A stretch of 64,000 nucleotides of DNA from Macrostomum hystrix (GCA_950097015.1 CATNEN010000025.1:5208001-5272000), one strand, 5' to 3'; positions 50,531 to 64,000 are shown, numbered from the stretch's first letter. A program made the numbers and translations. The notes: a model not told the origin generated them from the letters alone.

Positions 50531-51770
50531 AAATGTTGTTGCAAGCTCTAGGATCATTCAATGGAGCCTAAAACTTTAATAAAAGATCCTCTTAATATTG
50601 CAACCAGGTTGGTATGCCCAATTTGTGCACACCTTACAGACATTTTTGATGTGTTTCTGCAAAGCCGGCTTACTTATTGGGTCATGGAAGGTGAATCATA
50701 CAATGCCTTTAATTATCATGAGCATAGATTAACAAATTTTCAGAATAAATTATGTTCATTAAAAGTTCAACACTCTCAAACAGAAGCAGATGCAAAGATG
50801 TTTTTTAAACTATTTTACGATATTAAAAGGGTAGGGCAGAGATAGAAAATCCATACAAAATATGGTTCAGAGCGACTGCGCTGACACTGTACAGAGGGGT
50901 CCTCATGGCACCTCACTGCGGATTTGAGCTCAAAGATATTGATGTGAGAGTATGATGTCTTATAGATCCGCCCTCATCCACAGCAATCAAAAAGTCAACT
51001 TACTGTTATAAGTTTTATTTATTATTCGAATGTTGTTGCAAGCTCTAGGATCATTCAATGGAGCCAAAGCTTTAATAAAAGATCCTCTTAATATTGCAAC
51101 CAGTTTGGTATGCCCAATTTGTGCACACCTTGCAGAGGCTTTTTTGACTTGTTTCTGCAAAGCCGGCTTACTCATTGGGCTGTTGATAATCAAACATACA
51201 ATGCATATAGCAGTTGGACTATATAAGTACATTTTGCATCAGGGGCCAGGATTTGATTTTGAATTTAATGCAATGCCTCATATATAGGGCATTTAGAGTC
51301 ATCTGTTGTACCATTTGATTAACTGAGATGTCTGAGAATTAGTGAACACAGTATATCTATTTCCATCCTAGAGTCCTAAAGGAAGTTATTAAAAGACAAC
51401 AGTTTTTTCAGATTGAAGGTTTTGCTCCCACTGCCATCAAATGACTTGTTTTACGTATTAATCCTAGTGTCTTAACCATGGTCTCCACATATATTTAGCC
51501 AACCAGTGGGCATAAAAATAATTACTTCATAAAATAAAAATCTACTTTTTTAATGTTGTTGCAAGCTTTTGGATAATTAATTGGACCTAAAACTTTCTGG
51601 GTTAGGGTTAGGGTTAGGGTTAGGGTTAGGAAAAACATGTGCGTGCTGCATGTAATGACTCAAATAAAATACCCTCTTAATAATACAATCAGTTTGGTAT
51701 GCCCAATTTTTGCACAACTTGCAGACACTTTTAACTTGGTTACTGCAATGCCGGCTTACATATTGGGCAG
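50531..51770 (-). repeat. Second locus of module A (50531-50683, 51031-51181, degenerate 51550-51770) with module B, upstream of the ARF CDS
   Basis: Reverse-complement matches to 32039-32648, including module B (ctgacactgtacagaggg...ggatttgagctcaaaga). Confidence 0.85.
51599..51630 (+). repeat. Interstitial telomeric repeat (GGGTTA)5
   Basis: gggttagggttagggttagggttagggttagg is inserted inside a module A copy. Confidence 0.9.
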
Positions 51771-53195
51771 CTTATATTTTGTCATTAACTACACTAGCAC
51801 TAACAACATATCATATAAATAAAAACTAAATAATGCATAAATCACACATCACATAATAAAATATTTTTACTATTTTTGATAAATTGTTATCATATGCCAG
51901 TTTTCTAGATTATAACAGCTTAGAAATCCTCTACATAACTTTTGTATGATGGCCTAAGCTTGCTGGTAGTTAAGTCTAAAAATATGTTTTTTACTAATTG
52001 TGGTACTAGTAAGTAATCAATATAGCAATGCTAGGCAAATACTACAAATATATATAAAGATTCTAGCCTAATAGCATTTTGATATAATAGCTTGTTAGTC
52101 TAACAAGCAAATCAATTTTAACTTTTTGATTTTTAGTTTAATATAATACTCCCAATAATAACTAATAGAAACAAAATGTTTGTCTTTGGCCAATTCATCA
52201 ATAATTAATTTATACATAATAATATAATATAATTATTAAGAGATATACTGTGGCATTCTGCACTATTCATAGCCCAGGCAATAAGAAAATTAACTAGCTA
52301 GTCATACTGGAATAAAAATTAGCAAATTAGCTATCTAGATAGAATAGGTAGCAAAAAAAGTGTACATGTTGAATAAAAGAGTAAATTTGTCTAATTCATG
52401 CAGTATATGCCTTAGTGATATTCCAAAAGTGATTTTTCTCTTGAAATGAAAAATGAAAGAGACAGGTTTATAACTTTGAAATAGAAAACTAAATTTTCCA
52501 GAATTAGAACTTCCTAAGACCTAAGATATTCTGTTAGCACTGCCTAATTGTTCACATTAGCTAATGGTTCAAGTTCGAGTTTTTTGTGTTTGCTTGAGTG
52601 TTTATATTTTCATTATACGAATAGTTATGTCTACTATATATTGCACTGGGCCTTTAATTGAGAGATGATATGAAGAAACACATTTTTACCTATCTGTTGC
52701 ACTATTTTGTCAAACATTTTGGTTGGACAAATACAATCTAGTCTGCTTACATTTGCATAAATGGCCAACTTAGGAACATTTCTCTTTCTGTAGGATACCA
52801 CTGTTGGATAATTGAATTATTTGTGTCTGCATTGACTTGATATGACAATGGTACTTTGGTTATTGTGTTGAAATTTTAGCACAACTCATTAAAAATAATG
52901 GGACTTGTGAGTTGTTGATATCATCTAACATGTCAATGACATTGCTCAACACAATATCTGTATCCTTCAAGGTCAACTTTATAGACCTATCCTCAAAAAT
53001 AGCAGTTGCTGTGCAATTAAATGCAATTTTGGTTTCAAGTCCAAAATTTGGTAATAAAAACTGATTTGAAGATTCAAAGACTTGAATTTATGATCACTAA
53101 CCTCCCAACACAAAATTGACTAATTGTTGTAAATTGTGGTAAATTGTTGATTTAATCACAAACCTCAAAATTTGACCATTGAGTTCAATGAAAAC

Positions 53196-53447
53196 CATAC
53201 ATATGCAACCTCCCAAATCTTAGCCAGCCGTGCAACTTAGTTTTTGCTCTATTTACGACTTAGTGTCCTCTCATTTGCTCTATTTTTTCTCTCCCCTTAT
53301 TCTTCTTCTTCACACTTTCCTTTTTTGTCCCTTGGTCCCCCCTTTGATTTTTTTGTGCTTGGCTGATTGGTTTTTGTGACTTACCTTGCTTGGCACTCGT
53401 TTCACCTGGCCAGTTCGGCCAGGTTGGCCAGGTGTTGCGCATGTATG
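53196..53447 (-). mobile_element. hAT-like MITE, copy 2
   Basis: TIR CATACATatGCAAC...GTTGCgCATGTATG and a perfect 8-bp TSD ATGAAAAC (53188-95, 53448-55). Homologous to 26424-26634. Confidence 0.88.
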
Positions 53448-54129
53448 ATGAAAACTTTGTAAGGCATGATTATCGCATTTTTAAGATTCAAAAGAACATT
53501 TTAAAGCCAGTTTAAATCATTTTAGGCCTAAGCAAATCAAATATACTGCATATGTCTATATATGTACATACCAGGTGGAAACTGGTTTGTACACCAACTT
53601 GATTTACTTACACTAATGTATGCCAAGTCTATGCCAATGGCCATTGAAGACAGCCAACAGGCCTCTTTCCAGACTATGGCACTCATGATCATGAAGGTGC
53701 ACTTGCAACCTTGCACTGAATTCTAAGAATATATACTTAGTGCTTGATGTGAATACTGAGTATAAGAGTATATTATGTACATAGATAGATCCAATAGTAA
53801 TAAGCAATTAGTCCTTAAAGTTGCTAACAAGAGCCAATTTACTTTATAGACATTTGTTATAGGGCTAACTTAATTCTACTGCTGTCACCAAAGTTGTTGT
53901 AGGGCTATTTTATAATATTTAATAATCTCACTGACTGTCACTACTAAATTCCTAATAATGCCACCAAAGTTGTTCTAGGCTTTTTTTATTTAAGTACTAT
54001 CTTATGTCAATCTTTATTATTGTCTTTACTTTATTCGCTTTATTTCAATTTCAATTGGTAGCGTTTTATGTATTCAATCTGGTAGCGTTATAATATGGCC
54101 TGTATTTATCTCCTCCATTTGTTTCTTAC

Positions 54130-54285
54130 TTATAACTTCTTCTATATCGGTCTTTATTCGTCTTTATCACTCTTTATCTGTCTTTATCTGTCTTTATCAC
54201 TCTTCAATTACTCTTCAACTCAGTCTTCAATTCAGTCTTCAGTTCAGTCTTCAATTCAGTCTTTAATTCAGTCTTCAGTCCGTCT
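54130..54285. repeat. Low-complexity 12-bp-type repeats (tctttatctg; cagtcttcaatt)
   Basis: Visible short tandem units. Confidence 0.7.
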
Positions 54286-56454
54286 TGGGCTTTCCAGTGG
54301 ATCTAGAGTTACAGCTTTCCTTCACTCTATTTACTTCTCTTTCGCAATGTCTCTTTTGCAATGTCTCTTTCGCAAATAACTTCAATATGAACACTTTAAG
54401 ATTCAAGCTTTTCTTTACTTTGAACTCTTTTCCTAATCAAGGTGGTACAAGTTGGTTTTTCTCTCTTTGCTTTGGGTGTATTTATATATACTAAAATTCC
54501 CTTCATCTCTGTGACTTCAGTATAACTATTATAATTTTCGGTGCAGACAAACAAATGGTGCATTAAAACAAAATTTATATAACATTAAAACAAAAATATT
54601 TAATTTCGCGGAAACACTTTCTAGGAAAAATAAAACAATCGGAAACCCTATCTCACATTTATAGACTAACCCATTTAGGCCAATAAAGCCTGTGTAATTA
54701 TAAGAAAAATTCTAGAATGTGCAATACAACTATTCTTGGTCTTCTAATTTTTCTTTTATTTTTTTAACTTTAAAGCCTGCATAAGAAACATTGTTAGTGC
54801 ACACCCTAGCCTTCACATCTTTTTTCAGGTGTGCATCCAAAAAGATCCAAAAAGACTAGGCCTGTATAATATATGGAGTATAAGTAAAGCAAACTAAAAA
54901 ATAGGGTATGTATAGCAATGCCATAGCAGTAGCATATTTCAAAATAGCTATAGAGGAGGAATTCAGTCACAGATTTATTTCTTTATTGTGATAAGCCAAG
55001 CTAGGAGTAAGACTCAGGTTAGGGGGTAGGTCCCATTTAATAACTTGCTAAATGTTAAGTATCTACAAATATTGCAGTGCAGTATGTATTGGTATTTATT
55101 AACTTACTTGATAATTATTGTTTGTGTTATCAATTCACAGAAAAACGCGAAAAATTCAATAAAATGGTTACAACAAATACAAAATCACTTCTAGTCGGCT
55201 AAATGAAGTGACGTACGTCGTCGTCATCGTCGCATTTTAAATTAAGCTGTAAAGCCATATTAACTAAATAAACTCTATATTTTGCAAAGCAAGGGTACAA
55301 AAGCCCGGATGCCCAAATTAATTCCTTTAAACAGTACTGAATATGAATTTTTTCTAGATCTTAACTAATAAAGGCTCAAATACAGAAGAATAAATTCCCG
55401 GGTTTCATTCTAAATATCCAAGTGCACCACTTCATGGCAATTCTTAATAAGAGCGCCCCTAAAAACTTAACAGTGATCCCTCTGTGATCTCTTCTAAATT
55501 ATAATTAAAGAATAATTGCTGGTTTATTCGCTTTGATTTATTTGTTTTTAGTTTAAAAAACATTAATGCATTGCACCCGAAAATACCTGCAGTTGGATGG
55601 ATGGATTTCCGTTGTTGAGGGATTTTCCTGAAGTTTACTACTAGTTCTTCCTCGAGCTCGAATATAGAATCTTTAGCATCATAAGAACAGTTGCTAACTT
55701 TCTTTAATAGTGTAATTCTGCGTTAAAACAATTGTTTAAAATGCATTATGTAAGAGTTTGATCATTTAAGCAATGATCGAAAAGTCGTTAAATTATTACT
55801 TATTGCAGCTAGGTATCTGTTATTGCACGGCTATAATAACAAATACTAAATGAGCGTTTGATTGAGTTCATGACAAAAAGCGTTTCAACTGATTTGTGGA
55901 GACCGTATTGCTTGGATAATGTGCATGCCTTTCAATCATTCTTCTTCTCTTCTCTCTCACGCAATCTCGACGATGCGTTCTCGTTCTTGTGACATTTTTA
56001 CCATATAAGAACTCCATAGGCTAGCTGACGTTGTGAGACGCAGCAGCCTCAGGAAGCCGGAGCTTTCCGCCCTATGGACGTCACACACGGCTTGCTTTAG
56101 GCACCCTTTTTTGCCAGTCCAATGTCATGAGCTCTTGGCATTTGACTTTTCAGGCGCCCCCTCCAATCCAATCATTCAGCTGTATTGTGCAGTCGGAGTG
56201 GCCTCTTTAACTCACCTGCTTCAATGAGTCTCCCAGCTGCTTCCGCCTTTCAATCTGCTCAAATTCCGTCACTTGGCCTAGCACTGCTGCGTGAAGCTTT
56301 CTTGGTGTTCTAAGAGCGATTCCCGTTTCGATATCAGTTGGTTGGCTCTCAATTTGTTCTAAAACAAAATATACTCGTAGTTCATAACTTATTGTTTGGT
56401 AAACTGCCTGTAGACTTATTTTTTTGGTTTACGTATTCACTAAATCTAAAGTAA

Positions 56455-56812
56455 TTAGACAGGAGAGAGATAAGACAGTGCAGATATGAAAAAGGGAGAG
56501 ATAAGACAGGGGACGGGGGGAGATGGGAAGAGATGATACAAGGGGGAGAATTGAGACAGAGGAGAGATGAGAAAGGGGGAAATGAGATAGGGGAGAGATG
56601 AGAAAAGGAAGAGATGAGACAGGCGAGAGATGATACAGGAGAGTGATGACACAAAGGATAAATGAGACAGGGAAGATAATGACTTGACTTTATGACTTTA
56701 TGACTTAATGACTTTATGGACAGGAGAGAGATGAGAAGAAGGAGAAATGAGACAGGAGAGAGATAAGACAGGAGAGATGAGACAGAGGAGAGATGAGACA
56801 GGGGAGAGAATT
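56455..56812 (+). repeat. Polypurine degenerate minisatellite (gagatgagacagga-like) with an embedded (atgacttt)n
   Basis: Strongly purine-skewed repeated units. Confidence 0.75.
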
Positions 56813-58059
56813 GATGCTTGGAGTCCCTGAATTTAGGAGCTTTATGGGCCTGATCTTGCAAATCCGGACAGTAAGTACTCGTATGAAAGCGAATATATTT
56901 CTCGAGAATTTGATTAGTTGTAGGAATTAGCGGATTAGGAGCCAACATTGAGCGTGTCCTTCTTATCACAGGACTAGTTATGTCGAACAATCATTACGAA
57001 GGTGGGTTTGTCGTTAATTTTGCTTGCAGAAATCAGCAGGCTTTTGGACCAGTCTGAGCAGCTGGACTGACCAAGACTGAGCAGCCGATGGTGGCGGGTG
57101 AGAGGTGGCGCAGGATGGTTCAATCAATAAATATGAGCGATCCGGCAGCTGCGTGCTTGAGGCCGTCCCTCCCTGACTCCGCTGCGGCCTCGGAGGCCAG
57201 AAGTGAATTTATGGCTCAAGGGTTGCAGTGCTAGCTGGCTGCATGCAGTATAGATGCCACTCCTCCTCTGTCTCTCTCCAAAGCCCCATCGCTCAGAGGC
57301 TGCAGCTTCACATCCGCAATTAGCCTCGCAAAAAAACTGCGCGGTGGACTCCGCAGTCGGTCGGGATGAGGGGGATAGCTGCTATAACTCTGACTGCTTT
57401 AGTTCGTCATGCAGAGCCGCCAAAGCATCGCTGCCATGCAGTTTTGTGTCCGAAGGGCCCGCGCGGTCCCAATCCACCAGATCCCCATCTCGTTGTCTCC
57501 TTTCTCTCTCTCTCTCTCTTATGCATGTGAATTGGTTAGTTTATACTCGGGCCACTCAAGCTCCGCTGCATTGAAAGATGCAGGCAGATTTTTTCAGTAT
57601 ATGAGGCAACTGCGTGTCATTAGACTTGATCAAATTACTCCCAATATTTGGGTCAGCCAAGCATGCGGCGTTAGTCGACAGATTGGGTACAGAGCTTTCT
57701 CACTGAGACAGCTTCAGTATCTGAAGTGGTACTCAGCTAAGGAGTGCGGATTTATTTGGGAGCATGGCTTGTGACTCTGTCATGGACTATGACATTCCTA
57801 TAGAGTCAGTGAGCTCTGAAATATGCACGTAGGCTTTGTCAAACTCTCTGGATTGTACATCAATTACAGGTATACTGTATTAATCAGTTTTTTCCTCAAT
57901 TGCTTCCTGCTTTGATTATCATTTGCCATGTCAGTCAATCGTGGGGTTGCTGCTTGAATTCATACGTTAGAAAAAAGTTTGTCCTTTCTCTAAAAAAGAA
58001 GCTATATCGTTATATCGTTTCTTTTCCTGAAACCATGCACTGAATCATCCCGTGTTTCG

Positions 58060-58294
58060 CACAGACGCACACAGGTGTGTACATCTACCCTGATTTTCTC
58101 ATCATCAGGCAGTGTACGCTCTCACTACTGTGCCTTGAAGGTTGGCCTTCAAGGACGCAACTTGCACGACAAACCTTCGAGACTTCTCTCCGCGGCTGCG
58201 CCCCAAATAAATGCGGCCTCGTCGGATCGCAGAATCGAGACTAGGGAGCTTTGTGCCTGAGGTAAACGCGTTAAACCGCATGCCACTCATCCCC
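58060..58294 (-). mobile_element. 3'-truncated copy of the tRNA-derived SINE
   Basis: The minus strand reads ggggatgagtggcatgcggttt...ggccgcatttatttggggcgcagccgcggagagaag...cctgatgatgagaaaatcagggtagatgtacacac. Confidence 0.8.
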
Positions 58295-61200
58295 TGATTA
58301 ATGACCATGTGTCCACCTAGCCACTGACTATTAATTTTATTGGACTGCATGGAGCTATGAAAACAATTTTTTTTGTTTTGCACCCTCCAGTCTCACCGAC
58401 AGTTTGAGGACTTTGAAGAAGGCACAGTCATGAGTGGAGAGAATGAGGAGATTGGCTACACTGCTATTATAGACTATGTAATTTTTGTTACAGTTGCTAA
58501 ACGCAGGCCGGTAGATATGAATGTTGCCACTGTGAACAAAGCAGACTATACATTATTAACTGCCGGCCTCAGCCTGTTAAGTATTCGCACCCCCCATATC
58601 TCAACTCTTCTGAGCTCCGTCAAAAAATAGCGGCTTTCGGTTGAATTGGCGCCTAAAAACATGCGTGGGTTGTTGAGGCGACCCTGTGGGCTGCACGCCA
58701 CCTTGCCAGCCCTTCCGATCAGAGGCGCTATAGGGGGGCGTTGTTTTTCGAAGAGCGGTAGCCAGGTCCAAAGCTAAATAGCCCTGTAGCGATTACGCAA
58801 TCGGCCGATGTGTTGCGGGGCCGGGAGGAGAGTGCGCTGCTCTCTGCTCTCGCTGTTTTGGTGCGGGTGCGAAGCTTCTCTGTGCTCGAGTCCCACCCTC
58901 ACGCATGAGTGACAGGCGTGAAAGAAGCTTTGATCAAAAGCCACATGCAGGCAGGCCACAGCAAGAGTCCAAAACCATTGCTATAGGCTATTGAGAGAGA
59001 TCGCGAGAGAGGTAGGGGAGGGGGCGGCGTCGAGCTAATTTTCGACAGCATAGTCCAGCAACAAATTCAGCATGCCGCAAATCATATCGCGCTTCGTTGA
59101 ATATGCAATTGCTCTCGCAGGCTTGCTGACTTGGCGCCCTGTGACAGCTGGCCTGACAGCTTAATATCAAATTTAAATTTAGCGCTTCAATGAAACTTGT
59201 TATATAAATGCCAGAAACTTCCGTTCGTCTGTCTGGCACCGTTCGACTATGCCTGCACATGGCTTCGACTTGGGTTTAGACAGAACAGAACTGGTCATCC
59301 TACCATTATTTGCTCTTCATGAGAATTCCTGCTGGTATCCTCCTCCCTCTGTGTGAACCGCCTTTCTAGTCTTAATTGCAGGGGAGATTGCTGACAATTT
59401 CTGACTCTCGTCAGCGCTTTTTGATGTACGAGCGTATTGCCCAATTTCATAATTTCGTTGCTTGGAAAATTGGAATCCTAGCTCTACTTTAACAAATTAA
59501 AATTCAATGCGTTACTTGGTCTGTCTTACAAAATGTAACTTTCTGTCTGGCGCATAAACAGTATGTACAAACCTTGTGAATCAGTGAGCTTGTGCTATAC
59601 TTAAATGAAACTGTAATCAGGTGGAAGGCTGTAGTTTGGATGTACTTATGCCCAAAAAATAATTCTAGAGTAAATCATGCATGACGAGATATGCGTTTGT
59701 TTTACACAGGCTGTTGCAGCATAAATGAATACATTTACGCTCGTTGCAATATAGCATCTGTGATTAAACAATCTGCATTACGCACTTTGTTTCAATGATT
59801 GGCATCCATGCGTAACAATTTTCACCGCTACAGCTCTGCGACTGGTTCGCACAGCCAAGTTCTCTCCTTTGAAGATCAGCATAGCGGCAAATTCCTGGAA
59901 TGAGATGCATGCCCACCTTCATTTCAGACTGCTAGAACTATAAGGCTATGTGTAGCAGTGTACTCGCCGGTGTTAAATTAGAGAAAGAACAGCAACTCAA
60001 TCGGTTGGATACTGCACAAGGCCGAGTAGGATGACTCATGGCTCCCTTGACTCGCCTGTCCCTCACATTTCTAGTGTAGACGCATAAAAAATCCTGAAAA
60101 GAACGAAAGAAAAGAGACCGACACACTCCATCCTCCCACGGCTGTCGCTGTTCTCTCTCACGGCTTGGTGAATCTCCAACGCTCTAACATGTCGCAGCGG
60201 GGCTCGTTATGCTCTTCACTTGAAGTTGTCAAAGTCCTGGCCTCGATATTCATCAACTGCGCCGCCTCCAGTCCTCATTTAGTTTTGTTATTCGCGCTCT
60301 CTATTATTAATTCTCTTTTCAGATCTCGACAGCTCGGTCTATTGTATAGACAATGCATTCCCCATCAAAGACCATTGGGGATGACTTTGGTTGTCGCCCG
60401 TGGCAGATTGCCCATCAAATAAAAAAAGCACCAGAGGCATTGTCTGACCAAGCCGAGCGAGATTGAAGTGGCAGCGGACAACTGCAGCTTTGCGAAGCGA
60501 TTCGAGAAAATTATATGAGAAAGAGAATAAGAAAATGTATGTACGTCTATATGTTTCATGCAGCTTTTATGGATAGTTGAATGAAGCATGCTCGTTGTGC
60601 CACAGTCCATTCTATATCTATATGAAAACAGCCAACAGGCTGCGGCAAGTCTGTAACAAACAGTGAAATGCTAACTTAAGACTGGCCCTTAATTACTACT
60701 GCTTAACTGCAACAGCAGCAACAGTACCAGCAGCTGCTGCAGCAGCCCAATTTCTGCCTCATTTGTTACCCTCCCCAAACTAAATAAGTCTGTTATTGTT
60801 TGATGTAGGCCGCTGAAGAGTCATTGCACAATTTTTGTCTGTCGAACAAAAAAACTTAGATACATGGTGTTTGACTGCCAACGTGTCTTCATTTCCTAGA
60901 GCACTAACTGAACTTGTCTGAATGAAAATTTCCAACCAAATGCACCGCATCATAAAAAGCTAGTTTTTTCGAAGAAGACGTTAAAACAAGACTTATTTAG
61001 TTACATACATAATAAGTTAAATACATAACAAAGAAGCAAAACTATGTATCACAATGTGAATAAAAAGCGAATATTAAAGATATTCCTCCACTCTTTGTGC
61101 TCCAAAAAATATGTGCTCTAATTTTAATTTAGAAGACGAGGAGATGTGTTTTTTTAGAAACAAAATTAATTACGAATAAAAGCTGTACACCCGCATATCC

Positions 61201-63039
61201 TAAAGGCATCAATTGAGACATCACTTGATGAATAGGATTTTTTTACTCTGAAGCAGAAAGAGGAGCAAAGGCAGATGGTGCCTGGTTAAGAGCTTATGAA
61301 AACTAAAAAAGCCCCATGTATCGGTACCGTTACGACATAGACTATCCTATGCTGCGTAGAAAACAATTGGAGGCCACCAGCAAAGCCAGAGGCATCAGAG
61401 TTTCTCACGGCGCACCTGTCAGGCAGTTTTTGTTGCTCCCACTGTGCCTCAGTGCGGATTGCAGCAGGAGTTCCGCCCTGATTTTTTTCTGCTTTTATTT
61501 CCCAAATTCTTTGCTTTTTTCTCCTTCGGTGTCGGCTGATCTGTGCCCAAGCCATTATTTTTCTCTGTAGTCCTAGCTGACTTCACAGAGCACGCTCTAG
61601 ATTACCCTCCAGTGATATTCCATTGTTAACATGACCTAGCATTGTGAGTGTTTCTTTTCTTTGGAAAAACTTCCTGGACCACATGGCCCTTCTATATTGG
61701 GCCCAGACCGGCTGCATACTCAAAGAAATAATAAGACCTCAGTCATGAATTTACGGAGTTTAAGGTTGGGGCCTTGTGACCACTGTCCTCAATCATTCAC
61801 GGTTGCCTGAGTCCCATGCAGTTGTGCACGTCAGACTCAGAACACACGAATCCTGCAGCTTCTGCCCAGTGCAGCCAGCGGTGTCAATATCTATTGTGAT
61901 TTTTTTATGCTATCAACGTTCATAGAGTTTAACCACCAACAAAAAATGTAACCGGCAACTCAGCCATGGCTGCATGGTTGATCAAATTCAATTCAGGATA
62001 GTGGCGGCGATTCAAATATAGAAAAGTCTTCTTTTGAGCGATCCATTCTGTATATTTAAATAGTTGGCCTGAATACAGTGGATATGGGTTGACTGCATAG
62101 CCGAGCGAGTGCCAGTGATTGAATGGCGAGCTATCTATGTCATTGTGGACGAGCTCGCTCCGCAGCTGTTCTCCAATGCGTATTTTACTCGCAATATCCA
62201 TCATTTTGTGTCAATATAACAGCTATACGAGCTGCGTGTATAAAGCGGTCAGCACTGAATATCTTCTGTCTTAGCTTGCTTAGATTTTAATGAAGAATCC
62301 TCTTTCTAACCCTAAGGGGGTTGGGTTCTTGTCAATTTAGCGTCACAACACGCCGCTCCCCTAGTTAATAACGTCATCTCTCTATCAAACGTCGGGCTTT
62401 ACACTTCAATTCGAAATGGAGATTTCGAAACCGCAAATCGGACAGTTCGGACATTGAATATCGCTTTCAATTTCGAAGAATCTGGACAGGCCCGCCTGTG
62501 TCAGTCAGGGGATTATTTGTAGGTAAAGCCTAACAGATCCTTTAGGCCCGCTGTGACTCACTGCGAACACCCCCCTCGGGGCTTCCAGAGTGAGTGGGAG
62601 GGCCGCCCGACTGCACACAGACCGCGCAATGAGGCCTATCTCTTAGCATCTATATTGGGGGGGGGGTAGGTTTCAAGTTTCGCTTCGAGTATCGTCTACA
62701 ATATAGTATAAGCGGATTAGCACGGATCACGACCTGCAGAATTGGTAGCTTGTATTGCCCTGCGGCCCGTTATTAACGCGCTATCGTAAAAGTAAGGCGC
62801 TAAATTTAAACAGAGTATTGGCGAAGGGGCTGAGGTCCGTGCGCTAATTCATATTGCTATAAACTTGTTGGGCCACCTGAATCCTCATCTGCATGGCAGT
62901 CAGAACAGGCCAGACTTCAGCTAAAGATTATGGCTGACTGGGAGTTGACTCATTTAGTTCGAGATGTATAAAATCATTATATGGCTTTTGCTGGAAGCTT
63001 CCACAGCTAAATTAAGTGTGACGAGATTGTACGCTCGTG

Positions 63040-64000
63040 ATGGCATGCTTGTGAGATGGCTGGATGCTGAGATGGCATAGCGGTGAGATGGAACGATACT
63101 GAAATGACATGGTTGTGGGATATATTTTATATTTTATAATTGCAGGAGGGCTGCGGGCTGTGGCACATCATTCGGTGACATTAGACCCGCAGCCAGCGAG
63201 GAGGCAATTCTGCCCATTTCGCTGACTCCTGAGCACACACGCACACAGATACTGTACCCAGGCATACGCTCACACAGGTGTGTACATCTGCCCTGACTTT
63301 CTCATCGTCAGGCAGTGTACATTTCACTGTGCCTTGGAGGTTGGCCCTCAAGGGCGTAAATTGCACGACCAGCCCACAAGCCTTCTCTCCGCGGCTGCGC
63401 CGCAAATAAATGTGGCCTCGCCGTGGTGCGAAACTTAGGGACCGTGGTGCGAGAGGCAAACGCGATAACCGCTCTGCCACCGAACCCCCCATGGTTGTGG
63501 GATGGCTGCATGTTGAAATGGCATGGTTGTGAGATGGTACGATGCTGAAATGGCATGGTTGTGAGATGGTACGATGCTGAAATGCCATGGTGTTGTGAGA
63601 AGGCACGATGCTGAAATGGCATGGTGTTGTGAGAAGGCACGATGCTGAAATGCCATGGTGTTGTGAGATGGTACGATGCTGAAATGCCATGGTGTTGTGA
63701 GATGGTACGATGCTGAAATGGCATGGTGTTGTGAGATGGCACGATCCTGAAATGGCATGGTGTTGTGAGATGGCACGATGCTGAAATTGCATGGTGTTGT
63801 GAGATGGTACGATGCTGAAATGCCATGGTGTTGTGAGATGGCACGATGCTGAAATGCCATGGTGTTGTGAGATGGCACGATGCTGAAATGCCATGGTGTT
63901 GTGAGATGGCACGATGCTGAAATGGCATGGTGTTGTGAGATGGCACGATGCTGAAATGCCATGGTGTTGTGAGATGGTACGATGCTGAAATGCCATGGTG
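63040..64000. repeat. 34-bp minisatellite (tgccatggtgttgtgagatggcacgatgctgaaa)n, interrupted by the SINE and running off the window
   Basis: ~15 well-conserved units after 63490, with degenerate units at 63040-63121. Confidence 0.95.
63122..63489 (-). mobile_element. Full-length tRNA-derived SINE (368 bp) with a 14-bp TSD
   Basis: Head GGGGGTTCGGTGGCAGAGCGGTT (A box) and tail (ATAAAAT)n. TSD CATGGTTGTGGGAT at 63108-63121 and 63490-63503. Confidence 0.9.

Noticed and set aside
63181-63996. Three overlapping minus-strand ORFs with His-rich repeats
   Set aside because: They are a by-product of the 34-bp array plus the SINE.

Overview
Eukaryotic (metazoan) genomic DNA, with GC-rich Ala/Gln-rich exons in AT-rich, repeat-dense introns and a TTAGGG tract. 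The style suggests a flatworm such as Macrostomum (inference only). Six spliced genes could be assembled by hand with GT-AG introns and consistent phases: an orphan (2.5-3.8 kb, -), CFAP92-like (5.3-10.3 kb, -), SFT2D2-like (19.6-23.0 kb, -), an ALMS-motif protein (31.2-34.7 kb, +, start not found), plastin/fimbrin (38.2-46.3 kb, +) and a class I ARF (49.3-50.4 kb, -). Mobile DNA includes: a 5'-truncated Gypsy element with an intact integrase, an extra downstream ORF and a 3' LTR; a full-length dead mariner; a P-element/THAP deletion derivative with perfect TIRs and an 8-bp TSD inside a minisatellite; hAT-like and long-TIR MITEs; MULE and LINE relics; two tRNA-derived SINE families; a hairpin-rich element; a ~150-bp module repeated at two loci; and several minisatellites. 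The most interesting leads are the Gypsy accessory ORF, a likely EF-hand-less alternative plastin start, the P derivative, and the ARF stop codon lying inside a splice donor. No prokaryotic-type systems (CRISPR, operons) are present, and most short ORFs in the track are noise.
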